From Octopus vulgaris (Eukaryota): DNA of 64,000 bases. Positions 40,202 through 54,347 of this stretch are shown piece after piece. The number at the start of each line of letters is the position of its first letter. The stretch's first letter is position 1. The translations under genes and the position numbers were made by a program. A model generated the notes under the pieces. The model made no database searches. It was given only the letters and a program-made list of their open reading frames with translations, and was not told the origin of the DNA. The DNA lies in NCBI GenBank assembly GCA_951406725.2, contig OX597818.1, forward strand, positions 120,714,001-120,778,000, written 5' to 3'.

Positions 40202-41143
40202 AAATTATAAAAGGAAAATACGCACACTTACATAGTTTTAAGATAATTTTAATATATCGACCGGTTTCGCTATCACTATTCATGATATTATGTTTTACTT
40301 ATTTGAATATATATTTTTTAAGAAGAAATTTTGTCCATGATGCGTTAGATGAAATTCATGAGTGAATGACTTCACATGCAGATAAATACAGGGAGGTAAT
40401 TGGTTATCGTTATTATTGTTATTGTTGTGGGTAGGGGAGATACTGTTGAGCTTTCAGTAATGGGTGGGAATTATATATGTGTACAGACAGAGACAAGTTT
40501 CAAAAACCTTGTTTAGTAGGGCATTTATGTACAGTGATATAATCGTGAATTGAAATATGTAAAAAGATAAAATTTGGTTATGCATGCATATTAAGACGTG
40601 TTTTGTATTTTTCAATGAAAAAAGTTTCTATATTTAAACGTTCTAGTTAAGAGATTGCGTCTTTGCACTGGTAGAAAGGGAAGACTGTGAAATTTGGTTT
40701 GATGTTACCTGCACATTTTTCTATATGTTCACAAAGAGGAATTTGTCTGTATTGCGGGAAACGGATTTGCTCTTTATGTAGAGTGGTTCTCTTTCTCAAG
40801 GTCATACTCTTTTGTCCAATATAGTAGTGTCCGGAACTTGTGCATCTGTGAACCTAATTTATGTAATAACCTGCTCGGGTATTTGCAGAATAAGTTTCTT
40901 CTTGTTCGTTTTTGGAGGACTGTTGCATAGTAGTGTGTATGTGTGTGTGTGTGTGTGTGTGTGTATTATTACCTCCACCTTAGCGAAGGTGAAAGTATCC
41001 TTTACAGTCGTGTTTGTTTTTCTATGGACAAGATATCTCAAGGACCACTGGATGGATTCGGATAAAACTCTCAGGGTTTTTTGACCTCGTTACTGGCACG
41101 AACTGATTGGCCTCGTTACTGGCACGAACTAGCAATAGTGCTA

Positions 41144-41190
<47 letters not shown>

Positions 41191-42305
41191 ACACACATAC
41201 TTACATTTCTCTGTGTTAATATTTGTACCCCCATCGCATGATAACTGCTGTTGGTCTTTTTACGTCCCCACAACTTAACAGTTTGACAAAAGAAACGGTA
41301 GAGTAAATAGCAGATTTAAAAGATTAGTACTCTGGTTGATTTATTTGACTGAACGCTTCAAAAGGCTTCCCGGGAATTTATGATTCTTTGGGTAATGTCC
41401 CTCAATTGTCCTTTATTCATTGATTGTGAAAATCACTAGCGATAAATGTAAACCGATTAAGACCTGTCTTGCTTACTTGTTTTTAAGTGTTCCAGTAACT
41501 TTTGAAAATTTGCCGCTATAAGGATTTTCATTATTTTTTTATATCTTCCCTTTTATGTAACAAAATACTACTAGAAGAAGCTGGATTGTTCTTTCTTGTT
41601 TCTTACCCATTGGTTCTGTAATTTAGGAACTACGTTCAGTTTGCTTTCGTTCATTGTAATAACAGCAACAACAACAACAAAAGCTAGTATATTCCAGCCA
41701 ATAAGTAGGACAAGCGGGTGGTTAGAGACTATATTGCTTTTACACTCTAAGCATCCCCAGCCTCTCAACCAATCAGTAACCCAAGTCTTTCTGCTACCAA
41801 AAGAGCAGTGGGAGTAGCAATAACAACATATAAAAATGTCTAAATCATAAGTTCAACACGAATAAGAATATAAAAAATAAATAAAGAGCAACAGCATGTT
41901 AAGGGACGACAACAGTTCCCGCAGTGACGCCCCCTCACTAATTTCTAGCAAACAGCTTCTTGCCGCTCCAAGAAGTATACCAATATCCATCAACACCACC
42001 ACCACAACCACCATCGCAACGACCACCGGTACCATTCCTACGTCAGCAGTTGGCTGTAGCCACGAAACACAAAACTGTCGCTACGAGCTCAATAGTGACT
42101 CTTAGAAATATCAGGTTTCGGCTGTAAGCAGACCCACCAGGACCACTCCATCTTTTGTAGCCGGCAACAACAGTCGAAACAACATTAACAGTAAAAGATA
42201 TAGCCAAGTAGCTGCAAAGGCTAGGTTCTTTTCCAGTGAGCTACAAAAAAACACTCAGATTATCGAATGAAGATCTAAATGACGACTTATCCAAAAAAAT
42301 GGGAG

Positions 42306-42734
42306 GGATCTTTTTGTTTTGAACGGCAGTCTTTAAAAATAATTTCAACGTAACTAAACACTTTTAAATTTCGTATACTGGTAGAATGTGTTTATAAAAC
42401 ATCTTTTTCTCTTGGCTTTATTGAGAAAATTCTATAGTTTGTAAGATATTGCTTTTTTTCTTCAATTTCTGTAATTTCAACCAATCAATGACGTCTATTG
42501 GAGGTGAAAACATTCTGTGCCGTATGAATATGTCCCTCGTTTAAGAAACAGATTGGGTTTATTTACATTTGTGAAGAAAAAAAGATGCCTTTCCCCCCAC
42601 CCCTAACCCTAACCCTAACAGACCCTAACCCTAAAACAGATTGAAATGCAATAGATCGATACTAGGGTCATAATTATGGCTAAGATTTTCCTATGACACC
42701 GCTAGAAAAAACTGCCGTTCGAACCGAAAGGATC
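42306..42734 (+). mobile_element. MITE-like element with ~25-bp imperfect terminal inverted repeats and internal (CCCTAA)n
   Basis: gatctttttgttttgaacggcagt ... actgccgttcgaaccgaaaggatc; telomere-type hexamers at ~42601-42635. Confidence 0.75.
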
Positions 42735-43727
42735 TCTTTGTTTATATGTTCTCCATCAACTCATTATTCTTTCTTCCTGCAACAGATAAGTTGTTAGAAT
42801 TCGTTTTTGACGTATTTTACTGTTGTTTTTTCTTTTAATAACGTAATGCTTGTATTTATTTCCTTTTTATTGATGGTGTGGTTGCAGCTTTGATTGGTTT
42901 GTTTTTCCTTTTCTTTTTATCTTTTGTAGTTGTTTTGATAGTCATACTACGAGCCCGTGACAGCTAAAAGGAAACTCTCCCTCTCGATCCACAAAGCTGC
43001 CTTTTTTTTTTCTCATATTTCTTTATTTTATTTAAATTTTCATTTTCTACGTTTTTGCTTTCATCTTCGATGACTGCCTTTCGTGACGGTTTGTGCCTTG
43101 ATTTCAGAGCATGAAGAGGGTTATAAAAAAAATATTCTGATGCGGGGGAGAATTGTCCATCTGCATATGTGTGCTTGTGTATTGCTGTGGAGAAAGTTAA
43201 ACAGCTTTGGCAAGTGTGCTTTACAGCAATCCGGAGCCGGCCGATGTCCTGTTAGTGAATTTGGTAGATGAAAACTGGAAGCCCGTCGATTATATATGTA
43301 TATGTGTGTGTGTGTGATTGTGTGTGTGTGTGCGTGTATGTATGTATATATATGTATGGATAAGGCGGCGAGGTGGCAGACACGTTAGCGCGCCGGGTGA
43401 AATGCTTAGTGATATTTTGTCTGTCGTTAGGTTCTGAGTTCAAATTCCGCCGAGGTCGACTTTGCCTTTCATCATTTCGGGGTTGATAAATAAAGCACCA
43501 GTTTCGCACTGGGGTCGATGTAATCGACTTAAACCCTTTGTCTGTCCTTGTTTGTCCCCTCTATGTTTAGCCCCTTGTGGGCAATAAAGAAATATATATA
43601 TGCATGGATACGTTACTAAAGGTGTCAAGACACTCTCAGTCACGTTTAGTTGACGACTATAATTCTCCTTAACGATATAACATTGCAATTAGCTGCTTTT
43701 ATTAATTTATGTATGTGTGTATATATG

Positions 43728-43773
<46 letters not shown>

Positions 43774-44502
43774 TACACACACACATACGCACTCACACAC
43801 GCATACACAAGCGCACACAAGTGAAGAGATTTAGAAAAACAATAACAAAACGCATTTTCCTCTTATATAGCTGTAAATTGATTCCAAAATTTGTTATTAC
43901 AGTCATATCGAAAATATGTTGCTACGATAAAGGCATTTCGAGATTACAAATCCCAAAGTACATTCAAATAAAGACAAAATACCTTATCAAACAATTCAAA
44001 GGCAGTAATTACAAAAATACATCCAAGTACTAAATTTTAAATCAGTTTCACTTCCTAGCGAAGATAGTCATTGTAATGTACATGTATAATGACTTACTGC
44101 TAGCCTTTCAATTAATATATAGTGCATCTATCGGAAGTAAGCCCATTATAGAATCACTAGGTAACAAGGGAGGTAATATTGTACATATTAGATCCAAAAT
44201 AAGAAGGAACGTAAATTTATGTCCTTTTAAATTACTCAGAAATATAAGGCGAAATATGTTATAAATATTAGAAAATGAATTAAAATTAGGTGTTGGTATT
44301 TGAGTAATGATTTACTATCAAAAAATATTTCTGTATTGATTTTTTTGTTGTTATTTTTATCATATTCTCTGCATACATGTGTAATGGGAAAAGTTTAAAA
44401 TTGGGTTGTCGCTGATATGTGCAAAAAACTGGTCGAGCTGGAATTAATTAACTATAGGTGAACGAGACATCGGTTTTTGAAATATAGGGATGTACTATTA
44501 TA

Positions 44503-45404
44503 CAGGGTGTTTCAGAAGTCTTGGGCACATTTCAAGTCCTCATATATGCTGGACTATGATTGGTAGGAAGATGAAACTGGTACCATTTTAAAGCTAAATT
44601 CATTACGTTTTTTGTAATGCTAACAATATTTTCATATTTTTTCAGATCCAGTAATGGCGTTCACTCATCCAGAAAAGGCGTTTTGCGTCCTTGAATTTGC
44701 AAAAACTGAATCATTGACATTTGTTCAACGTGCATTTCGCACAAAATTCCGAAAAGAGGCACTAGAAAGGAAGTCCATATTGAGATGGCATGGTAAATTC
44801 ATGAAGGATGGGTGTTTGCGCCTAGCTAAGAGAACGGGACGCCCCTCAACTTCAGATAATACGGTTGAGCGAGTTCGAACTGCCTTCGAGCGGAACCCCC
44901 GTAAATCGATCAGAAGAGCCAGTAGGGACTTCATTTTCCAACAGGATGGGGTGTCACTGCACTGGAGACTCAGGGTTAGACAGTATCTGAACACAACACT
45001 GCCAGACAGATGGATTGGACGGTCTGGGCGAGATGATCGCGTTCTCATGCCCTGGCCTCCCAAGTCTCTTGATTTCACATCCTGCGATTTCTTTTTATGG
45101 GCGTTTGTGAAAGGACTGGTCTATGTCCTCCCCTTCCAAAAGATGTGGATGAACTGAAGGCCCGAATAACGAGAGCTGTTGCAACCATCGACAACGCAAT
45201 GCTGGAACGCATTTGGCAAGAATTGGATTATCGGCTTGATGTGTGCCGTGTGACCAATGGTGCTCACATTGAACATCTTTCAACATTCCATAAAAAAAAA
45301 CTTGAAATTGCGGCTTTCAGAATATATCAGATGCGTTTTAATGTCCTTAATAGTTTTCGAGATATTCAATGTCAAAATATTCCCAAGACTTCTGGAACAC
45401 CCTG
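44503..45404 (+). mobile_element. Tc1/mariner (maT/DD37D-like) internal-deletion derivative
   Basis: TA|cagggtgtttcagaagtcttggg...cccaagacttctggaacaccctg|TA; HTH N-terminus joined to FQQDG...WPPKSLDFTSCDFFLW, then a frameshift. Confidence 0.92.
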
Positions 45405-45641
45405 TATTTAACACATTTGTTTCCGGTTGAGAGCGGAAAGGTTTTCGCTACAGAAATTGTCACATACATACATACATACATACATACATACATACATACA
45501 TACATACATACATACATACATACATACATACACACATTCATAGATACATAGATACATATTGTGACTTCGATCTTATCAGTTTACATTACACATGATCTAA
45601 CATACATTTCGCTATATCTGACAGCGTGACAAGTCGCTGAC

Positions 45642-45801
45642 ATGTTGTTCGCTGGCATCTTTATTTTGCTTACAATTCTCTGCTGCTCTCTTTACATTCT
45701 GCGATTGTATTCCAAGGCTTTGGCAAATTTTAGCCACCTACCATGCATGAAAAGTTGGCCTATAATTGGTGACATACCGAAGTTACTGGGAAATAACCGA
45801 G
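45642..45801 (+). CDS. CYP4: CYP4 gene C exon 1
   Basis: MLFAGIFILLTILCCSLYILRLY...LPCMKSWPIIGDIPKLLGNNR; 160 nt; |gtcagt. Confidence 0.93.
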
Positions 45802-46684
45802 GTCAGTGTTTCTCATTTTTACCAACCATTTACTTTTTACTTCTCTCAGTTACTGGACTGTGGCCATGCTGGGGGCCACAACTTAAAGGGGTTCAGGCGA
45901 TCAGATCAATTCCAGTCTTTTAAGTCTGGTAATTATTCCATTGGTCTCTTCTGCCGAACCGCTAAGTTACGGGGACATAAACAAACTAACACCAATTTTC
46001 AAGCGGTGGTTGGATAGACACAAACACAAAGAAGGCGCACGCGCACAGACATACACACACACACACGCGGACACACACAGACGCACACGCACACATATAT
46101 ATATATAGACTGTATATATACACATATATATAGACTCAAATTCATAAATTGTACATGTCATATATATACACACATATATATATATACATGTGTATATATA
46201 CACACATATATAGACTCAAATTCATAAATTGTACATGTCGTTGTTAAGCTCCAAGTTAACGAAGATTGATTAGCCATGACCTAAAATCAAAGGTGGTTTA
46301 GACATAATCGCCTCTCTTTTTAACCTCGGGTATTGTTTGCAACAGTATATGTAACAATTAATTTTCCTTTCTCTTTGTTTGCTTGTTTGTTTCTTTCTTT
46401 GCTTAGTAGACTTTGTAAAATGCTTACACTTCATGTAATTTCTTTAGGAAGCTCTAGAAAATCGTGGCTTCCTAAACGAGTCGTGCGTATGCTGTAATTT
46501 GTTTGTCTTTATCCTCCTACGGCATTCGCTCGTAATGGGCAAACAACTACACAATCGATGTAGTCTGTGTATACAAATTGACACTAAACGCACACAATGG
46601 TTTTCAGGCTGTATACGCATTGACAAAAACCAATACACAGTATTTTGTAAGCAGTATGTACTTTAATACAGCGATTAGATAATA

Positions 46685-47250
46685 TTGGGTTGTCCGGAGA
46701 GTTCGTGCCGATTTATAGTAGCTTACCTTTCGACTTATTTTAGAACATGGTTGAGTCCATAAAATAGGATTTGACTGCACCTCAATTTAGATTCCAGTTT
46801 AAGCTATATTTTCGTGGAAGAAGGTTTATGTTCCTATAATCTGTCTTAATTCTGTAACCCTTTAAAATGGAAGATAAGAAAGTTCATTTTCGGCACTTGA
46901 TGCTTTGGGAACCAGGTAAAAATTGCTGCAGCTCGGCTGGGATGTGTTACCCCACCCTCCATATTCACCAGATATTGCTCCTTCAGATTTCTACTTATTC
47001 AAGTCTCTGCAGAATAGTCTTAATGGTAAAAAATTCAATTCCTTGGATGACGTTAAAAGATACCTTGATGAATTCTTTGCCATGAAACCACCTCAATTCT
47101 GGGAAGAGGGTATTTTCAAGTTAAAGGAAAGATGGAGATGCATTGTGTAACAAAATGGTTCATATTTGGTTGATTAAAAATGTAATGGCAAGTATTTATT
47201 GATCTTTTTCTTTCCTTTAAAATTCGGCACGAACTTTTTGGACAACCCAA
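46685..47250 (+). mobile_element. Mariner (DD34D-type) internal-deletion derivative
   Basis: TA|ttgggttgtccggagagttcgtgccga...tcggcacgaactttttggacaacccaa|TA; MEDKKVHFRHLMLWE joined to WDVLPHPPYSPDIAPSDFYLF. Confidence 0.93.
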
Positions 47251-47660
47251 TATTTTGTTTGGGGCGTGTAGGATTGGTGCGGCGGTGCCTCAACATGGCC
47301 GCAGCTTCACGGTTGAAACAAATAAAAGAAAATATAAGCATATCATTTAATGTTTTGTTAACTTCATAAATATAGATAAAACTTCCTCGCTCGATTACCC
47401 TTGTTAATTTATCTGCTTCGTTTCTTATCCTTTTGTCTATTCATTATTTAACCTATTTATTCTATTATCACTTGTCCTTGTTTTTATCAGGCATGGTTAC
47501 GTGACTAAGAAGCTTGTTCTGAAAGCAAATAGTTTCAGATTTTGTCGCATTGCATCACACCTTAGGCAAGTGTTTTCTGTAGCTCAGAACCGCCCAATGC
47601 CTTGTGAGTGAATTTGCTAGGCAGAAACTGTGTGGAAACTTGTCGTATACACATACAAAT

Positions 47661-48021
<361 letters not shown>

Positions 48022-48995
48022 GTCTTCGGGTTCTGGTCGGTCCTGACCTCCAATTTGAGAACTGACACGAGATAAGGAGTTGAGTGGTCACTCTTACCCA
48101 GCTGTGGGCGAGAGAAAACTATCTCTAAAAGGTCGGGCTGAGGTGGCGAATGCGTACATCGCATCAGTCATCTACTACCGTCTGACCGTCCTGCCTTGAC
48201 CCGATCCTACCTTTACAAAACTGGAGCGCATACTCTTCCGCTTTCTATAGAAGGGTTCCGATTGTCAAGCGATCCGTTTGCTGCCAACATCCGCTAAATG
48301 GAGGGCTGGGTATGCTGTGGTTAATGATGCGCAGACTTGCGCTGAGACTGCGATATCTCTAGCGTTTCATAGACAACGGTGAACAGGTGTGGCCACCGTT
48401 TGTGAATCGTGCTTTCCCGCAGTTCGTCTCCTTCACCGAACTGCAATTGTGGATCAAAAGGTGACCGAGGTTGGAGAATGGCACCGCTAGTGCTGTCTTG
48501 CTCTCCAGCAACTCTGCCGTCCGGGATCAAATCTGTGCGACTTTAGTTCCACGAAGACATTCTATAGAGGACTATTTAAGGGGAGGTGCGACGAGATGCG
48601 GTCAAAACGAAGGAACATATTTCAGAGCTGTGGACCTATGTCGAACGGCTGCTGTTGCGTGTGGGACGAATCCGTTTGTCAGCCTTGCCTATCGTAAATA
48701 TTATTACCCCGCCACCTTCTTTTGACCGGGAATACAAGACAGCTTTCATCGTACTGGTGGCTATGGCGAAAGAATGTGTGTGGTGGAGTGGTGGACTCGT
48801 TTGAAAAGTTTAGAGACAAATACTTTCCTCTCTGGCCAATCTCTCATCAACTTTTTTGAGTATCACTTGAAAAGGAAGTTAAGGGTAGAGAAGAAAGTTC
48901 TGTCTAATGAATGATTTAATAAAAGGTGGGTGAATGTAGCAAAAATAGTACGCATGAATGACGAATCACTTTGAGTATTAACCTGTAAAATAAAC
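48022..48995 (+). mobile_element. Tx1/L1-type LINE ORF2 C-terminal remnant
   Basis: RKLSLKGRAEVANAYIASVIYYRLTVLP*..KLERILFRFL..QHPLNGGLG; multiple stops; ends near (GA)n. Confidence 0.8.
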
Positions 48996-48997
48996 AA

Positions 48998-49041
<44 letters not shown>

Positions 49042-50000
49042 CACTTTGCTCTCACAGATTTTTCCTTTTGCCGGAAAAACATCTATAAGCGTATCGGAGT
49101 AAATGCGCTAAGCAGTGTTTATGTATGTAGTGGTTATGTGTGTGTATCAGGTGAACAGATGCAAAAGGAATGTGTATGTCTTTGAAGTAAACAAATGAGT
49201 GAATCGATTTATAGTTAAAAATAATATAGTCACTGAACTTAATTTGTCTTTGGTACACATAATTCTTTACTACATGCAAAATGTTGACAACTGCTAAGAC
49301 TTGGTAGAAATAGAAGCAGGATACATCTGTGGAAGTGATGAGTCAGAAATGAATATGTTTGTGTGTGTGTGTGTGTGTGTGCGTGCGTAGTTCATCTGAG
49401 ATCAGTAGTCTACCGTGGAACTTCGAACATTTCTCTCGGATCTCTACGGTCAATCAAAACCTGTCGTCGTAGACCTTTCTCGTTTGCCTGCTAGGCCTTT
49501 CTCCTTCTTGGTCTGTCTGTTGACCACCGTATTTATAATAATCCTGGCAGCTAGAAAGATAGACATACTGCAGCAGAGTTTGTACCTAAATAGGTCAGCC
49601 CCTGTCCATTTGAACTTCGTCTGACATGGCTGAGGTCGTAGGTCAAAGGGAGATGATCAATCACTTTTTGACAGGACAAAGAAAACCTTTTTTCGCGCCT
49701 GTTGATTGTGGTAGTTTGGACAACCGAGAATTCTTAGATTCGGCTTCGAATCTAGGCTTGGAGAAGAAAATGTTAATTTTTACACGTATAATCACAATTT
49801 AGGTTAGTTGAAATATGTTTGTCAACATATTTCAACTGCTTTTAGCAGTTGAAATATGTGACAAATATGTGCCTTTAGCAGTTGAAATATATGATAAACA
49901 TATCAACTAACCTAAAACTATAAGAGTGTACTGAAATGACAAATACCAGCTTTAGGTTTTCCTCAGAAAGCTCTACTCTCTTTTAACAAATCTGTTCCAG

Positions 50001-50113
50001 ACTTTTACAACAGTATGGCGAAATATACAACTGAATATCGCGAGCCTGGTATATTGTGCTTCTGGCTTGGTATCCAACCAATTGTTGTAGTTTTTAAAGA
50101 TGAATATGTACAG
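50001..50113 (+). CDS. CYP4: CYP4 gene C exon 2
   Basis: (D)FYNSMAKYTTEYREPGILCFWLGIQPIVVVFKDEYVQ; 113 nt; ccag|...|gtaagt. Confidence 0.94.
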
Positions 50114-50651
50114 GTAAGTTATTATGGATTATTTATGTCAGGAAAGCTGATATTAAATGGGTTATTAATGCATTAACACAGAATAAATAATTAATTATGA
50201 GTACATAAATCAGTGAGAATCAAACAGATGATGTAAATATTCATTCCTAACACGTTTCGATAGATTTAAGCGTGATTAATAAATTAATCGCTGTTGTATT
50301 TTGCTTTTGGAGAACAACTTCTCCTTTCACATGATGTGTGCTGACAATATATTCGATTCAGGGACGTAGGGGGACTTTTAGACACCAGTATATCGACTGA
50401 ATAGTGTTTCTTCAGAATGGTGGTTTTCGTTTATAGAAATCAGCAAACAAATTATTTGCTGATGCGCGCTAATATTTGCAAGAGACACAGATATCTGGTT
50501 GTGAAGTAAAGAGTAGAACCACATGGTAGCGAATCACATTTTCATGTCTATATTACTAAGATATGTACTACTGTATCAAATCAGTTGATCTCTACTACAA
50601 TTAATCAATAACATTCATTTTCTCAAAGTAAACTTTTTACATGATTTTTAG

Positions 50652-50737
50652 GAAGTAATCGGCAACACGAAACACATTGAAAAAAATATGTTCTATAAAT
50701 TCTTATATCCCTGGTTAGGAAATGGCCTGCTAACTAG
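50652..50737 (+). CDS. CYP4: CYP4 gene C exon 3
   Basis: EVIGNTKHIEKNMFYKFLYPWLGNGLLT(S); 86 nt. Confidence 0.95.
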
Positions 50738-52828
50738 GTATGTATGAGACATTTTCTTTTTAATTATTTCTAATTATTAGCAATAAATTATAATCTTTTA
50801 TCTTGTACATGTTTCAGTCGTTGTACTGCGGCTATGTTGAGGCATTGCCTTGAAGAATTTTAGTTGAGCTAACTGATTCAAGTATTTCTGTTTAAGTTTG
50901 GTACTTATTTCTGTCTATTCTCTTATGCCGAACTGCTAAGTTACGAGGACGTAAACAAGCCAACATAGGTTGATGAGCGATGATGGAGAAGACAAATACA
51001 GACATACACGCAAATATGCACGAGTCTCTATGAGGGGCTGCCACGCAGTTTCTGTCTACCAAATTCACTCACAAGGAACCAGCCAGGTCGGGACTATAAT
51101 AGAAGGCTATTGCCCAAGATGCTGTGTAGTGGGATTGAACCCAAAACACGTGATTGTAAAACCTTCTTCTCGTCCATACTCCCATACCTGCATCTATACT
51201 TCAAAGAGTTATATTTATTTTTAAGTAAGAGTTCAAACATTGAGAATATATGCTAATATTTTGAGTATTGTTGTTGTTACTGTTGTGGTCATTTAGCCCA
51301 TGTCAGCTCTGGACAAGCAGCCCTATGAACAACGGAATTCTAGCTGTGATCATTTCGTCTTATTGTATATATAACCAGTATTACATTGTCTAATGTGTTG
51401 TCCGAATTTTTAAGACTGTTGTTTGTGATTTATGGAGATTTAGTGGTTGATATTCCCTGCAGGTCAAAAGATCGTATAGAAACTCTTTTGTGATTCATGT
51501 ATGTGTGTATGTCGAGCTAGTACTATGCGCAGGTATGGTTGTGCGATTAAGACGTTCGTATCGACTCCGGAGAAAGGATAATGGTAAAGTTAATCTCGGC
51601 GGAATTTGAACTCAGAACGTAAATATTCAGAACAAATACTGCGATACATTTTTGCCCGATGTTCTAATGATCTGGCAAACCACCGGCCGTAAGAGAAACT
51701 CATAATAATCCTTTTTATTAGACCTCAGAACGTAACGACAGGCGAAATACCTTTTTCTTTACTACCCACAAAGAGCTAAACACAGATAGGACAAACAAAG
51801 ACAGACAAACGGATTAAGCCGATTATATAGACCCCAGTGCGTAACTGTTACTTAATTTATCGACCCCGAAAGGATGAAAGGCAAAGTCGACCTCGGCGGA
51901 ATTTGAACACAGAACGTAACGGCAGACGAAATACTGCTAAGCATTTCGCCCGGTGTGCTAACGTTTCTGCCAGCTCGCCGCCTTTAAGGAAAACCCATGA
52001 TATTTTGTTTAGTTCCGGGACAGGTTTATGAAAAAAGTTTTAACTGTAATTATCACGTATGTTATAAGATGTAGTAATAATAATCTTTTATATTCAGGGA
52101 AGGGATTAAATTGATTACATGAACCCCAGTGCGTAACTGGTACTAATTTTATTGCCCTCGAAAGGATGAAAGGCAAAGTCAACTTCAGCAGAATTTGAAC
52201 TCGCAACGTGAAGACAGACGAAATACCGCAAAGCATTTTGCCAAACGTGCTATCGATTCTGCCAGCTCGCTGACTTAGTAGCATATCTAATAATACATAA
52301 TTAAACACGTTCTTTTCTAAGAATAGAGGCGAATTTACCTGTTAATTTCAGAAGACAGAACTCCATTATTGGTGTCTGATCAATGGCGTCTGAATTATTT
52401 ATAAGATGTGGGTGCTCAATATAGTTTACTATCTTGAGAAAACATTTCAGTTCAAGGCAACAAAAGTTATTCTATGGTTTTTTCACTTGCTAAAAATAGC
52501 AATGAAGTCTGTCAAATGAAACTTCACTGTCTTGTAAATGTGATATCTTGATCCGGAAAGTAATATTCCTTAAAATCCTACATAAACACACATAAGACAG
52601 TCAAGGCTTGAATATCTTTGATCTTGAGTTTTCCCAACAGGGACTGACAAGGGCTAATCAGTATCAAAAGCAAGACAAACATCGACAACTATATCTTAAC
52701 AACAGCAACAATAATAACTTTGGGCATTCCTTTTCCAGTTGTTGCTGTTCCACTTTCTCAAATTACAGGTTGTAAAACTTCATTAACATAAAATATTCAA
52801 ATATTATTCCTTGATTCGTTATTTTCAG

Positions 52829-53019
52829 TGGAGGATCAAAATGGTTCAAATCGAGGAAAATGTTAACACCATCCTTTCATTATAATATCTTGAACAGTTT
52901 CCTAATTGTTATGCAGAACCAATCAAATATATTATGTAACAAACTGGACGAAATGGTTGGTAAGGGCGAGTTCAATATTCGCCCTTATATTACAAATTGT
53001 ACATTGGATATTATAACAG
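52829..53019 (+). CDS. CYP4: CYP4 gene C exon 4
   Basis: GGSKWFKSRKMLTPSFHYNIL...CTLDIIT; 191 nt. Confidence 0.96.
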
Positions 53020-53369
53020 GTAATGTCCAAATTACTGCTATTTTTGTTGCTGTCGTTGTTGTTTTTGTTGCTGTTGTTGTTGTTCTTGTTTTGTTGTTGT
53101 TGTTGTTGTTGTTGTTGTTCTTCTTCTTCTTCTTCTTCTTCTTCTCCTCCCCTCCTTCTTCTTTTTCTTCTTTTTCTTCATCTTCTTCATTCCTTTCTTC
53201 CTTCTCTCTTCCTTTCCATCACTGTCGTCGTCGTCATCATCATCATTATAATCTTCATAATTTCTGCTTTTCCTATGATAACGATTAGATAGAAAAATAC
53301 CTGCCAAGCGACAGATAGTAACATAGGCTCTGCATTGTAATGTAATGTTATTATTCAGCACAGCATCTG

Positions 53370-53411
<42 letters not shown>

Positions 53412-53612
53412 AGGAAAATAAGACAAGGTAAAAATGCTAAAATAATTTTATCATGAAATATATTTTGTACCGGTTTCAGCCTTTTCGACTTTTTCAAATA
53501 TGAGTAAAAAAGGAAAAACAAATAAATCGAAGAAATAAATTCTAATGAAAGGTTTTTGCAAATATTTCTATAGTCTTCAAATAGGTAGAACATATATACA
53601 TATATTTTTCAG

Positions 53613-53682
53613 AAACTGCCATGGGTCAATGTGTGAATGCACAAGATGACCAAAATCCAGAATACATTCAAAGTGTTAACAG
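53613..53682 (+). CDS. CYP4: CYP4 gene C exon 5
   Basis: (E)TAMGQCVNAQDDQNPEYIQSVN(R); 70 nt. Confidence 0.95.
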
Positions 53683-54258
53683 GTAAGTTACAAGGGCTTC
53701 ATTTATTCAAGGATGTTCTAAAATGTAATTGTAGATATATGTTGAGTTGCCCCCTATATATATCTTACGTCGCGGTTGCATGCTATCCCGATTCTCTTCT
53801 TCCCGGCAACTTTTTACTCTCTTAACTCTTTTACTTGTTTCAGTCATTTGACTGTGGTCAGGCTGGAGCACCGCCTTTACTCGAGCAAATCGACCCCAGG
53901 ACTTATTCTTTGTAAGCCTAGTACTTATTCTATAGGTCTCTTTTGCTGAACTGCTAAGTTACGGGGACTTAAATACACCATCATCGGTTGCCAAGCGATG
54001 TTGGGTGGATAAACTCAGGCACACAAACATATACACACAAACACACACACACACACACACATACGTATATACGATGGGCTTCTTTCAGTTTCCGTCTACC
54101 AAATCCACTTACAAGGCTTTGGTCAGTCTGAGGCTATAGTAGAAGACACTCACCCAAGGTGCCACGCTGTGGGACTGAACCTGGGACCATGTGGTTCGTA
54201 AGCACACCTCCACTAACATGAACGAAGATATATTTTTCGAATAACTATTCTTTGTCTG

Positions 54259-54347
<89 letters not shown>

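Noticed and set aside
42601-42635. Telomere or chromosome-fusion scar
   Set aside because: Only ~5 hexamers, internal to a TIR element
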